Assembly (NCBI GenBank): GCA_043228905.1
Contig: JBHGNT010000004.1
Span: forward strand, 12,338,001 to 12,402,000
From: Azolla caroliniana
Lineage: Eukaryota; Plantae; Polypodiophyta
Direction of reading: 5' to 3'
Length of the DNA stretch: 64,000 bases
Below, in pieces: positions 38,938 through 50,200 of the stretch (its first letter is position 1; every line of letters starts with the position of its first letter). The notes beneath the pieces are model-generated. The model made no database searches. It had not been told where the DNA came from and saw nothing but the letters and a program-made list of their open reading frames with translations. The position numbers and the translations under genes were made by a program.

Positions 38938-39917
38938 CAAGTCGTGAAGAGTAAGTCACCATAACTCTCAACACGTGTTCCCTTTAGATTTCCCCAAAAT
39001 TTAGCACATGCATGTGCTTTCTCTTGCGTTTGGATAAATTGTTGAGTAACTTCCCATATTCTTCTCTTTCTTTGAATAATCCTTTTATACTCATGCAAAT
39101 GCTTTTGGTAATTCTCTTTATCCTTAACTACATCCAAAACCATAAGGCACTTTCGAGCTTCACGACATTCTTTATCAAACCATTTTTTCCTAAGTTTCTT
39201 GGTGCATTTCCAAGATGTGCGGTTGGTCGAAAAACATTTGTTTGTATAGGAGATAATGACTTTCTTGAAAGCTTCCCATTTGCATTCTAGTGTGGCACCA
39301 TGTTGTATCTTTGTCATTTGTAACATGTCCTCAACCATCTTGGAATACATGGGTGCTCGCTTAAGGTTCATGCGCAAGTGCGGTTGTTTATTATCTTCAA
39401 TAGCCTTCTCACAATTAAACCTATGCATACATTTGAGATCAATACATAAAGGCCTATGATCGGATTCCCGTGTCCATTCACCAAGTGAGAATTTATGTAT
39501 ACGATCCAAAATACCTTCAGAAAGCAGCACATAGTCAATCACACTATTTCCATTCTGTTTTATACATGTAAAACCATTAGTGTTGGGCCATAAGGAAATA
39601 CCATTTGCAATAAGCGATCCGATACTATTGCACATTTGTAGGAGTAACTTCCCAAATTGGTCTGGATCTTTTTCATCGCTAGAAGAGCGGCTATACATTT
39701 GCATATCCTCTTGCATCCTTGAGATATGTGGCATGAAATATTCTTGTGAATCAAGTTGGAAACTTCTTGTACGAGCATTCCTGTCACCAAAGACAATAAC
39801 TTCCCCTTTGGATTTGAAATAAGCAATATCATCTTCTAGATTGGTAAACGATTGATCTTTATCCAAACAAGCATAAAAGTTAGAATCTTGATGAGGAATG
39901 TAACATCCAACTACAAA
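38938..39917 (-). mobile_element. 5' part of the same LINE (APE endonuclease), separated by Gypsy C
   Basis: CYIPH.DS, GDRNART, NG..FTC..NSVIDY, SDHRP, WFDKEC; colinear with the RT part across the TSD ATAGC. Confidence 0.85.
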
Positions 39918-40234
39918 AGAGAGAGAGAGAGAGAAAAAATGATGATGACAACGATATATTATGTGAAACAATATACAAGGATGGCTAGGAGGCTTATGAG
40001 TGGGGTTTAAGCGATTTGGTTTGAAATAATGCCTTGTGCCTCCTTTTATTGTTTTCTCAGGAGTACTCTTGAACTTTCCAGAATGTTCCAGAGAAATCTG
40101 GAATATACATCAATTTTCTATAGTAAAACTTAAATGAAAATAATATCCTTCTTATTACAATATATAGTGTAATGGTCAAGAGCTTGACCCGTGTAACATA
40201 AGGTAATGGGTTCGAATCTTGCCATATCATGACA
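39918..40234 (-). mobile_element. Partial Tcn1-like LTR
   Basis: Starts TGTCATGAT (minus strand, 40234) like the LTRs at 61391 and ~61954, and carries the same tRNA-like module. Confidence 0.6.
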
Positions 40235-40769
40235 ACAAGTACATTTTCAATGTTCGTTTCGATATGGGAGATGATACATGGGGGGTTATCCAAGGCAGCC
40301 CACCACGTTTTTACCCCAAGCATCATGGAATGTTTTTGTGTCTTCAACTACAGCAGCTGAAGAAGATCTTGACGTACAAAACATTTGCCAAATAGCAATA
40401 CCTAGTGGACATCCAGGTGATGGTGAACAACTTCAGTATATGCGGAACCAAATGCAAACATGGAGTTTTTTGACTACCAGCCAGGGTGATTATGATTACC
40501 ACCAAGATATGTATTCTCTGGGACCGAAGGAATTTGTTTATATGTTGAGTATGGGTTATGTTGGCAAAGGTTGAGACTATTTTCATGGATTATAATTAGC
40601 CTTATCTTGCCAAATGCCATCGTTTATATTTGGTCCTTTTTATTGATAGATACTTGTGGAGTGGAAACTATTATGTACAATTTGTAGATTGCCTTTGGCA
40701 TTGTTAATTTTAATACCAATGGAGCATATTGTTTATGGAAAAAAATAAAATAATGACAACAACTTCTTA

Positions 40770-41613
40770 CACTACAGGTTGCCCTAAGTCATATTTATAT
40801 GTATATGACTTTAAGACTATCTACATATATAGCCATGACAGGCCCTCTAGAAACATATTTACAGATATGTCCCTAGATCCTGGTCACACCGGATTCATCC
40901 TCCGGTTCTCAGATCTCATCCGGAGGGACCGAATTCCCAACACATTCTCCATGAGTGTGTGCATCTCTTCCTCCATGGCTTTCTACCAATTCGGGTCCTA
41001 AGCTGCTTCAACGTAGCTCTCCGACTCATGCATGGTTGCCACCTTTGTCATGTACGCATAATGATGCGCGATATACTCATTGTACCCATACCTCTTCACG
41101 GGGTTCTTCTATTGGGTGGATCGGCGCAATTCTTGATTCACCGATTTCATGACCTTCTTAGCTGACATCGACCTCTTCCTCGGAGGTTCCTTTTCATTCA
41201 AGTTGGAATCGGAGTCGCTTTGATCCGATATAGCTCTGTTGGTGTCATACTCCGACATCTTCTTCTTCCCCTTCTCTTTGCGCATGAACCGTCTGCTCGA
41301 TTCCTTGTGTGGGGAGAGCACGACCGACTCTTCACTACTCACTGGCTCATCATCTTGTTGAGGTAATCAGCGATGTTCACCTCGGTATCGATCTTTCGAA
41401 CATCGAGCTTCTTCTCTATTATGAGCTCCCAGATATGATGAAACCGCACCTCAATGTGTTTCATCTTCACATAATAGACTGGGTTCCGAATGAGGTGTAT
41501 TGCGGTTTGTGAATCGCAATAGATGGTCAGTGTTGGGTGGTCGATTCGACTTCTCGTTGAGAAGTCTTCTGACAATCGATGCAGCCAGATTGCTTCCTTC
41601 GATACCTCTAATG
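40770..41613 (-). mobile_element. Mosaic of Copia fragments (LTR piece to 40941, integrase-RT linker, RNase H) that hosts Copia D
   Basis: GGGACCGAATTCCCAACA LTR end; RKEKGKKKMSEY linker; KEAIWL..YCDSQ.AIHL..KHIEVRFH RNase H, which continues at 47110-47230. Confidence 0.7.
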
Positions 41614-44600
41614 TGTTAGGATTTTCGGTCCCTCCGGATGGGATGTCCCCGGAGATAAATAACGGCAAGCCCGGTTGCGGTTACGGAACCGGATGATGAA
41701 GAGTACCCGGCATGAAGCCGGATGAAGTGTGCCCGGATGCGGATCCGGATGATGAAGAGTACCCGGATACGGATCCGGATGATGAAGACCCCGGTTACGG
41801 AACCGGATGCTGAAGACCCCGACTACGGAGCCGGATGACGAATGTACCCGGAGAGAGATCCGGAACCGGGGACATATTTGTGAATATGTTTGCCAAGGGC
41901 CCTTGAGGCTATATTTGTAAATAGCCCGAAAGTCATATGTGTATAAATATGACTTAGGGCAAACAGTTTTAAGGCTGCTCATTTTTCATGCGAAGTGAGA
42001 GCAGCCGAGAGAGAGAGAGAGAGAGAGAGAGACGAAGAGGTCGTTGCCTCTGTGTATTGCCGCCGCCTGTGGCGAAGACAGTGAGCTCAAGGTTGTTGCC
42101 TTGTAGCTTCACCAGTGTACATCCCTGTTCATAGTGATAGTTGGAGTTTGAGGACTCCCGTGGTTTTTCCCATTTAGGGTTTTCCACGTAAAACATCCAG
42201 TGTACCTTTCTCTCTATTGTTTTTTCGTGCATTGTTGTATTTCCCGTTTTTCTGTGAATCGATCCTGTTCCTCGGTTGTGGCCGAGCACGGAATTTCTAC
42301 AAACTGGTATCAGAGCGACGGTAACACAGAAAATGGAAGGCGGCAGCAGCGGGCAGCCGGGGATGATGGTGCTGAATGCACAGAACTACGCCGACTGGAA
42401 GATAAAGATGGAGGATCTGCTCATTGTTCGGGACCTGTATGAACCGATCGACAGGTCGGAAATACCCAAGGGGGTACTTGAGACGGAGTGGAGGCTTCTG
42501 AACCGGAAAGCCGTTGCAACCATTCGGCAATACGTCGACGTGAGCGTTCTACAACACGTGGCGAACGACACCAACGCATATGAGATGTGGAGGAAGCTGT
42601 CGGGCCTCTACGAGAGGAAGAATGCGTTGAACCGGACCTCCCTGATGAGAAAGATAGTGAACCTCAAGTACCGGGACGGCGAGAGTATGGTGGAACACGT
42701 AAGCACGTTCATGGGATTCGTGAACCAGCTTGCGGCGATCAAGTTCCCGTTGGAGGATGCAATGCAAGCCATCATCCTGATGTGTACATTGCCGGACAGC
42801 TGGGAGAACTTGGTGGTGACTCTCAGCACCTCCTGCACCGAAGATAACTTGTCCCTACAAACGGTAAAGACAAGTATTTTGAACGAAGAAGCGCGTCGGA
42901 GAGATAAAGAACCGGCCTCCGACTCGAAGGCGCTGCTTACCGAATCGGAACGGGGAAGACAATGGAACCGGAGTCCGCAAAGACGGGAGAAGTCGGGGAC
43001 CCGGTCGCAGTCAAGAGGAAGGCCCACATGCTTCCACTGTGGGAAGCCGGGGCACTTCCGGAAGAATTGTCGGCATTACCGAAAGGACAACGGAGCCGAC
43101 GACACCGATTCGAAGAAGTCACCGGAGAGAAACGGTGCATACCGGGGAGCCACGGACCGGAGAGGTCCGGATCGGCGAGGGCAGGACCGGAAAGGAACGA
43201 CGGCACTCGCGGCAAGTGAAGAAGAGATAATGCTCATTACCGAAGAGAGGGAGCTGAACCTTGCCGGTGTAGAGATGACCTGGGTGGTCGATTCCGGAGC
43301 GTCGTTCCACCTGACCCCGGAGAAGAAATACTTCTCATCCTACACAGCCGGTGAGCATGGCTGTGTCCGGATGGGAAATGAAGGCACATGCCGGATTGCC
43401 GGCATAGGAGACGTGTGGCTGATGACATCAACCGGATGCAAGATGCTGCTGAAGGATGTGCGACACGTTCCGGAGGTCCGATTGAACCTGATCTCGGCCG
43501 GGAGGCTAGATGATGAAGGCTACACGGGTAGCATCCGGAACGGTGTCATGAAGTTCAGCAAGGGGAGCCTGATAGTGGCTCGGGCCCGGAAGGTCAACAC
43601 ACTGTACCTGATGAACTCCCGGCTATGTCCGGAAGAGCTGAATGTGGCAGCTGACACTGCCGGTGAGCTGTGGCACAAAAGACTGTGCCACATGAGTGAG
43701 AAGGGGATGAAGAGGCTTGCAGAAGACAACCTTATCCCAGTGAAGCATGTGCACCTGGAAAAGTGCACCGATTGCCTGGCCGGTAAGCAGAACCGAACCT
43801 CCTTCCACTCAAGGCCACCGACGAGACGTAGCGCACCATTGGAGTTGGTGCACACCGATGTGTGTCAGGTAGAAACGAAGTCACATGGCGGAGCCCAGTA
43901 CTTCGTAACATTCATAGATGATCATAGCCGAAGACTGTGGACGGCACCGATGAAGACAAAGGACCAAGTGTTGTCCGTCTTCAAAGAACTCCACGCGAGA
44001 GTGGAAAGAGAATCCGGCAAGAAGCTGAAAGCGATACGAGCGGATAACGGAGGGGAATACCGGGGGCAGTTCCAGGAGTACTGTCGCTCGAAGGGGATCC
44101 GGCTCGAGTTTACTGTGCCGAAGACGCCGGAACTGAACGGGCTGGCCGAGAGGATGAACCGGACCATAATGGAGAGGGTCCGGAGTATGCTGGCGCATGC
44201 GAAATTACCCAAGGGGTTTTGGGCTGAGGCAATGTCGACGGCGACGTATGTGATAAATAGATCACCCTCAGTACCTTTGGACGGAGACACGCCGCAGAAA
44301 GTGTGGACCGGTAAGGAAGTGTCCTACCGGCATCTGAAGGTGTTCGGGTGTCTCGCATACGTGCATGTGGCAAAGGACCGGAGAGGAAAGCTAGATCCAA
44401 AGACCCGGCCATGCATATTCCTCGGTTACGGCGACGACGAGTTCGGCTACCGAGTATGGGACCCGGTCGACAAGAAGATATTCAGGAGTCGAGATATCAT
44501 CTTCATGGAGAACAAGACACTCGCCGACTGGGAGTCGGAGAAGAAGATGAAGAGCTCCAAGTCGACCGGTGAGGATCAACTCTACGAGGAGCAGTCCCGA

Positions 44601-47104
44601 CCGGCAAGGGACCGGTTAGCACTCGAGGATCCGGCCGAAGACGGTGAAGAAACAGAACCGGCCGAAGAAGATGAAAACGATACCGGAACCGGCCCCGATC
44701 CCGAAATGGATTCGGATGAAGAAGAAGCGGAAGAACCGGTTACCGAAGCTCCGGAACGGAGATATCCTCTAAGAGAGAGAAGGGCCCCCCGGAGATTTCC
44801 GGAACCTGAGCACGTGCTGCTGACCGACGAGGGGGAGCCGGAGAGTGTTGAAGAAGCAAAGCTTGACACCCATAGCCGCAGGTGGTTAAGTGCCATGCAG
44901 GAGGAGATGGATTCCCTGCATGAGAACCACACATATGAACTTGTGGAGTTGCCGAAAGGGAAGCGGGCACTTCGAAACAAGTGGGTGTTCAAGCTGAAAC
45001 CGGGAGATGCCGAAAACCCCCCGAGATACAAAGCCAGGATCGTGGTGAAGGGGTTTCAGCAGAAGAAGGGCGTCGACTTCGACGAGATATTTGCCCCGGT
45101 AGTGAAGATGACCTCCATCCGGACGGTGCTGAGCATAGCGGCAAGCATGGACCTCGAGGTAGAACAGATGGACGTGAAGACGGCATTCCTTCACGGTGAC
45201 CTCGATGAAGAGATCTACATGCAGCAACCGGAAGGATTCGAGAAGAAAGGGAAGGAGCACCTGGTATGCCGGTTGAAGAAGAGCCTTTACGGACTGAAGC
45301 AGGCTCCCCGGCAATGGTACCGGAAGTTCGACTCCTTCATGACAGACGAAGGGTACCTCAAAACGCAGTCCGACCACTGCGTGTTTGTGAAGAAGTTCGA
45401 AGGAGGAGACTCTCTAATACTCCTCCTGTACGTGGACGACATGTTGATCGTCGGACGGGACCAGGTAAAGATACGGATGCTGAAGAAGGCTCTTCACCGA
45501 ACCTTCTCAATGAAGGACCTGGGTCCGGCGAGGCAAATACTAGGGATGCACATCATCCGGGACCGGAAGAAGAAGCAGTTGTGGCTGTCACAGGAGAAGT
45601 ACGTGACAAAGGTGCTTCACCGGTTCAACATGTCGGAAGCAAGACCGGTCGGGTCAACCCTCCCGGCAAACTGCAAGTTGTCCAGCAAGCAGAGCCCCAA
45701 GACAAAGGCTGAGAAGGAGGACATGATGAAAGTACCATATGCCTCTGCCGTCGGAAGCTTGATGTACGCAATGGTGTGTACAAGACCGGACATAGGATAC
45801 GCAGTCGGAGTGGTGAGCCGGTACATGAGCAATCCCGGCAAAGAGCACTGGAACGCGGTCAAGTGGATACTCCGATACCTGAAGGGCACGGCAAACGTGT
45901 GCCTCCGATTCGGCTCCGGTAAGCCCGAACTCGACGGCTTTACTGATTCGGATATGTCGGCTGATGCAGATACCAGCCGGTCCACATCAGGGTATGTGAT
46001 GACGTATGCAGGGGGAGATGTTTCGTGGCAGTCGAGGCTGCAGAAGACGGTTGCGTTGTCAACCACGGAGGCGGAGTACATGGCGGCTGTTGAAGCCGGC
46101 AAGGAAATAATATGGATGAAGGACTTCATTAGAGAGCTCGGTATCCGGCAGGAGGAGTACCGACTCTACTGCGACAGTCAGAGTGCAATCCACCTTGCGA
46201 AGAACGCGGCCTATCACTCCCGGACGAAACACATCCAGCGAAGATATCACTGGATCCGGGAAAGGATAGAAGACAAGGAGTTCGTGCTGACGAAGATCCA
46301 CACGGACGAGAACGGCTCAGATATGCTGACCAAAGTGCTCACACCCGACAAGTTGGAAGCATGCCGGAAGAGGATTGGATTGGAGAGACATCCCATGCCG
46401 AAGTGAAGGGGGAGTTTGTTAGGATTTTCGGTCCCTCCGGATGGGATGTCCCCGGAGATAAATAACGGCAAGCCCGGTTGCGGTTACGGAACCGGATGAT
46501 GAAGAGTACCCGGCATGAAGCCGGATGAAGTGTGCCCGGATGCGGATCCGGATGATGAAGAGTACCCGGATACGGATCCGGATGATGAAGACCCCGGTTA
46601 CGGAACCGGATGCTGAAGACCCCGACTACGGAGCCGGATGACGAATGTACCCGGAGAGAGATCCGGAACCGGGGACATATTTGTGAATATGTTTGCCAAG
46701 GGCCCTTGAGGCTATATTTGTAAATATCCCGAAAGTCATATGTGTATAAATATGACTTAGGGCAAACAGTTTTAAGGCTGCTCATTTTTCATGCGAAGTG
46801 AGAGCAGCCGAGAGAGAGAGAGAGAGAGAGAGAGACGAAGAGGTCGTTGCCTCTGTGTATTGCCGCCGCCTGTGGCGAAGACAGTGAGCTCAAGGTTGTT
46901 GCCTTGTAGCTTCACCAGTGTACATCCCTGTTCATAGTGATAGTTGGAGTTTGAGGACTCCCGTGGTTTTTCCCATTTAGGGTTTTCCACGTAAAACATC
47001 CAGTGTACCTTTCTCTCTATTGTTTTTTCGTGCATTGTTGTATTTCCCGTTTTTCTGTGAATCGATCCTGTTCCTCGGTTGTGGCCGAGCACGGAATTTC
47101 TACA
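41614..47104 (+). mobile_element. Copia D: intact, very recent Tnt1/Tork-like element
   Basis: 688-bp LTRs 41614-42301 and 46417-47104 with one difference seen. TSD TAATG at 41609-41613 and 47105-47109. PBS TGGTATCAGAGC 42305-42316. PPT GAAGGGGGAG. Confidence 0.98.
42333..46406 (+). CDS. Copia Gag-Pol polyprotein, 1357 aa from the first ATG after the PBS
   Basis: Uninterrupted: CFHCGKPGHFRKNC, WVVDSGAS, WHKRLCH, HTDV / DNGGEY / AERMNRT, YKARIVVKG, YVDD, SDMLTK. Confidence 0.97.
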   Translation: MEGGSSGQPGMMVLNAQNYADWKIKMEDLLIVRDLYEPIDRSEIPKGVLETEWRLLNRKAVATIRQYVDVSVLQHVANDTNAYEMWRKLSGLYERKNALNRTSLMRKIVNLKYRDGESMVEHVSTFMGFVNQLAAIKFPLEDAMQAIILMCTLPDSWENLVVTLSTSCTEDNLSLQTVKTSILNEEARRRDKEPASDSKALLTESERGRQWNRSPQRREKSGTRSQSRGRPTCFHCGKPGHFRKNCRHYRKDNGADDTDSKKSPERNGAYRGATDRRGPDRRGQDRKGTTALAASEEEIMLITEERELNLAGVEMTWVVDSGASFHLTPEKKYFSSYTAGEHGCVRMGNEGTCRIAGIGDVWLMTSTGCKMLLKDVRHVPEVRLNLISAGRLDDEGYTGSIRNGVMKFSKGSLIVARARKVNTLYLMNSRLCPEELNVAADTAGELWHKRLCHMSEKGMKRLAEDNLIPVKHVHLEKCTDCLAGKQNRTSFHSRPPTRRSAPLELVHTDVCQVETKSHGGAQYFVTFIDDHSRRLWTAPMKTKDQVLSVFKELHARVERESGKKLKAIRADNGGEYRGQFQEYCRSKGIRLEFTVPKTPELNGLAERMNRTIMERVRSMLAHAKLPKGFWAEAMSTATYVINRSPSVPLDGDTPQKVWTGKEVSYRHLKVFGCLAYVHVAKDRRGKLDPKTRPCIFLGYGDDEFGYRVWDPVDKKIFRSRDIIFMENKTLADWESEKKMKSSKSTGEDQLYEEQSRPARDRLALEDPAEDGEETEPAEEDENDTGTGPDPEMDSDEEEAEEPVTEAPERRYPLRERRAPRRFPEPEHVLLTDEGEPESVEEAKLDTHSRRWLSAMQEEMDSLHENHTYELVELPKGKRALRNKWVFKLKPGDAENPPRYKARIVVKGFQQKKGVDFDEIFAPVVKMTSIRTVLSIAASMDLEVEQMDVKTAFLHGDLDEEIYMQQPEGFEKKGKEHLVCRLKKSLYGLKQAPRQWYRKFDSFMTDEGYLKTQSDHCVFVKKFEGGDSLILLLYVDDMLIVGRDQVKIRMLKKALHRTFSMKDLGPARQILGMHIIRDRKKKQLWLSQEKYVTKVLHRFNMSEARPVGSTLPANCKLSSKQSPKTKAEKEDMMKVPYASAVGSLMYAMVCTRPDIGYAVGVVSRYMSNPGKEHWNAVKWILRYLKGTANVCLRFGSGKPELDGFTDSDMSADADTSRSTSGYVMTYAGGDVSWQSRLQKTVALSTTEAEYMAAVEAGKEIIWMKDFIRELGIRQEEYRLYCDSQSAIHLAKNAAYHSRTKHIQRRYHWIRERIEDKEFVLTKIHTDENGSDMLTKVLTPDKLEACRKRIGLERHPMPK

Positions 47105-47234
47105 TAATGCTGCTATATACTCGGCCTCTATGGTTGATAGGGTCGTGCACTCTTACAACTTCAACCTCCATCATATCGTGCCACTACCATAGATGAAGAT
47201 ATAGCCTCATATTGACTTCCGATTGTCCGAATTT

Positions 47235-50200
47235 GTTATCCCTTAGGCTGGACAAACCCTAACACAGGGTGTCCCTGTGGAACACTTCACCAAAGGGTGG
47301 CACGGGGAGATATTGATAGACTGTAGTATCGAAGGGGTCTTAACCGGTTACTAATCGACACTGTTAATTATCATAACACATGCCTAAGATTAATTATATT
47401 AAGCATAGGATGGTAACCAGATAGACACTAAACATACGTAAACAGCAACACTTCGATTAATTATCCGTTGTTGATTACATTCTTGCCGGGTCCTTTTATA
47501 GGTCTCCGACTGAGTTACAAACCGGTGCCAACCGGCAACCGGCAACGATCTGATCCAGATCCGAATCGGCATACCGATTCTGGGTCCGTCATTCCGCATC
47601 TCAAAATAACATAATACTTATTAATTTCAAAATAACATAGTACTTATTAATTTCAATTCCCTTTTCCTAATTAAATACCCCTTTTACATTCTGGACTCTA
47701 ACCGGCCCTTTGGCCTTGCAGGGCAACACATGGCACGCTTATGGGACAATACATTGTACGTCGAACCCACGGTTAGCCCTTTATCACTCGTTTGTCAAAA
47801 TGTCCAGAATGCTTTGGTCCAAGGGTTCTAGATGTTCTTCGGGTAGTTGCTCCAGTTGTTGTTGTGGCTAATGTTGTTGTTGCTCTTCGGCCTACTCCTC
47901 CTCTCCGGTTTTTATCCCTTCAGGCTCCAGTCCCTTCCGGACTTCCGTCTCTATCTCATCTGTTCTGGGCTCCTCCTGCTCCTGATGTCCAGTTTGCAAT
48001 GGCTCTTTCAGGTCGGCTACCTTCGGCTACTCCTCTTGAGCTACTTTTGTTTGGCTTTCTTTGGTTTTGGCAGCATTCGACGTCAGCTCCAGAGATTTCT
48101 CTTTCTCACTAATGTTAATTGTCGCCGTTCTTCTAGGCTCCATTTGCTGTCTCCGTTCCTGTTCGTAATGCTCGAACTAGAGTAGGGTATCTAGCTGGTC
48201 GTCACCTAACTGTTCCACCAACTAGCCCACCGCCACCAGTTGCTCTCCGGCCAAGGACAAGAAGTCATCGGGTAACTCTTCCCGTATGGTCACAATGCTT
48301 TCCGCGTCAAGTATGTAGAAGTTATCGCCGTCCTTTTGCCGCTGCCGTCCTGTGGACTTCATCCTGGAGTTCCCGCATCTTTTCTTGCTGCCGGTCACCA
48401 TATGCCATCAATTTGTTGTGTTTCGCCTCTAGGTGCTTGTGATCCCGGTGCGACCTGTCAAAATCCTTTGTTTTCTATTTCAGCCTCTGATTGATTTGGC
48501 ATTGGGCCCGGTCCTCACAATCCTTCTATTGCTAGAGTTCTTCTTGGAGCCGCTCGATCTCGACTTTCGCCGATCGTTAGGGTTTGTCCCTTTCTTGCAT
48601 ATGCTTGATGACCTTTCTGTAGATTGTCCTCGGCTTTCCGGAGGTTCTCTGCCATTTTCCATTGCTCTTCCTCCACCGCCTTCTTCAGGTCTCGTTCTCT
48701 AGCCCTTAAGGCATCTTGGGCTACCAATTCCTCTCCGATAGTGGTGAGTTCTTGTTCTTGTGCCTTATTTGCATCCGGTGCTATTTCAGTTACCCGCATC
48801 TTATTAGTCTGTTCATTCACTAGAGCCATTAATTCTGGTAGTCTTAGTCTTGGACACCTCTGCTTTAGCGTGCGCAATTTCTTCGTCCATGCTCTGGACC
48901 ATCGACCAGGCCTTCTCAACTTCTTCGGTTGTGGCAAACAACCGGTTCCCCTGTGCTCTCTCCTCCATTTCAATTTGGCACACAACTCCAGCCACCTACT
49001 CGCCGATCCACCGTAGCCATTGACTGCCAGTGCCTTTTTGTCTTGCTAGTTCTGGTTGTGGCATGGCCTCTGTTCGCGCCGAAAGCCCTTTTTGGATTGT
49101 TGACTGCAACGACAACTCCTGCTCTTGTTGGGCCTGCTGCCCCAGTGAGGTAGGCAATTCAATTACCGGTTCTTGGACCACCGGCACTGCTGCTTCTTGC
49201 CGCATAGTTAACTCTTTCATCGGTTCTGGTTGAACCGGTTCTGCTTCCTTCCTTGGGTCCGGTCCCTCGGAGTAGGGTGTCCATGCGTTGTCCTTCACCG
49301 AACCCGATTCGTCCCCCTTCTGCTCCGCATTGCTATGCTTCTAGCTGTTAGGATTTTGGTCCCTCCGGATGGGATATGAGTACCCGGCAATGGAAGACCC
49401 GGTCAAAACCGGATGACGCAGGGCCGGTGAGAACCTCTCACCGGATGAAGGGACATATATGTAAATATGTTTCTGTTAGCCCATTGTCGCTATATTTGTA
49501 AATAGCCCGAAAGTCATATTAGTATAAATATGACTTAGGGCAAACAGGTTTAGTGTGGGTCATTCTTTGTTGTCATTTTGGTGTAACTGCTATACAGATC
49601 ATAACAGAGAGAGAGAGACACACACACACAAAGTGATTCTCTGTTGTAACCGCCACCAAGCGAAGAGAGTGAGCACGAGGTCGTTGCCTCTATGCCCCCC
49701 TTGTTGTATTCTTTTGACATAATGATAGTTTGGAGTTTGTGGGCTCTCGTGGTTTTTCCCTCTCAGGGTTTTCCACGTTAACATACTGTGTACCCATTTT
49801 CATATTGTGTGTGTGTACGTGTATTCACTTCCATTCCCAATTTCGGTGTTCGATTCTAAAAGACACGATTTGAGACTCGGTTGTGGGCGAGTAATATTCC
49901 TCATATTTCGCGTCACTAGCAACGTAGGAGGTTATCGGCTGGGTCTTCCTCCGCCTCCTCCTCTTGGGTTCTGATATTGATCTTCGTTGCCAAGGGGTCC
50001 GGCTCTTGTTCCTGTCGGCACAACTTGATTTTCAAAGGCCTTATTGGTGGTTCCATCGGTGTCTTTGTCTCTGCTTGCCTCTTCCGGCTAGGCGGTTCTT
50101 TCCCTTGCTGCAAGGTACTGCCCTCTTTCCATCCAGGCATGTGCTTGGCCAGGAGTTGTTGCCGTTTTGAAGGTTTGTTAGGCGTGGTCTCCATTACTCA

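Noticed and set aside
38829-39971. 380-aa ORF as a complete gene
   Set aside because: LINE endonuclease fragment whose start and end are borrowed from flanking LTR sequence.
42297-46785. Many overlapping and antisense ORFs in Copia D
   Set aside because: Expected from GC-rich codon usage; no recognisable domains.
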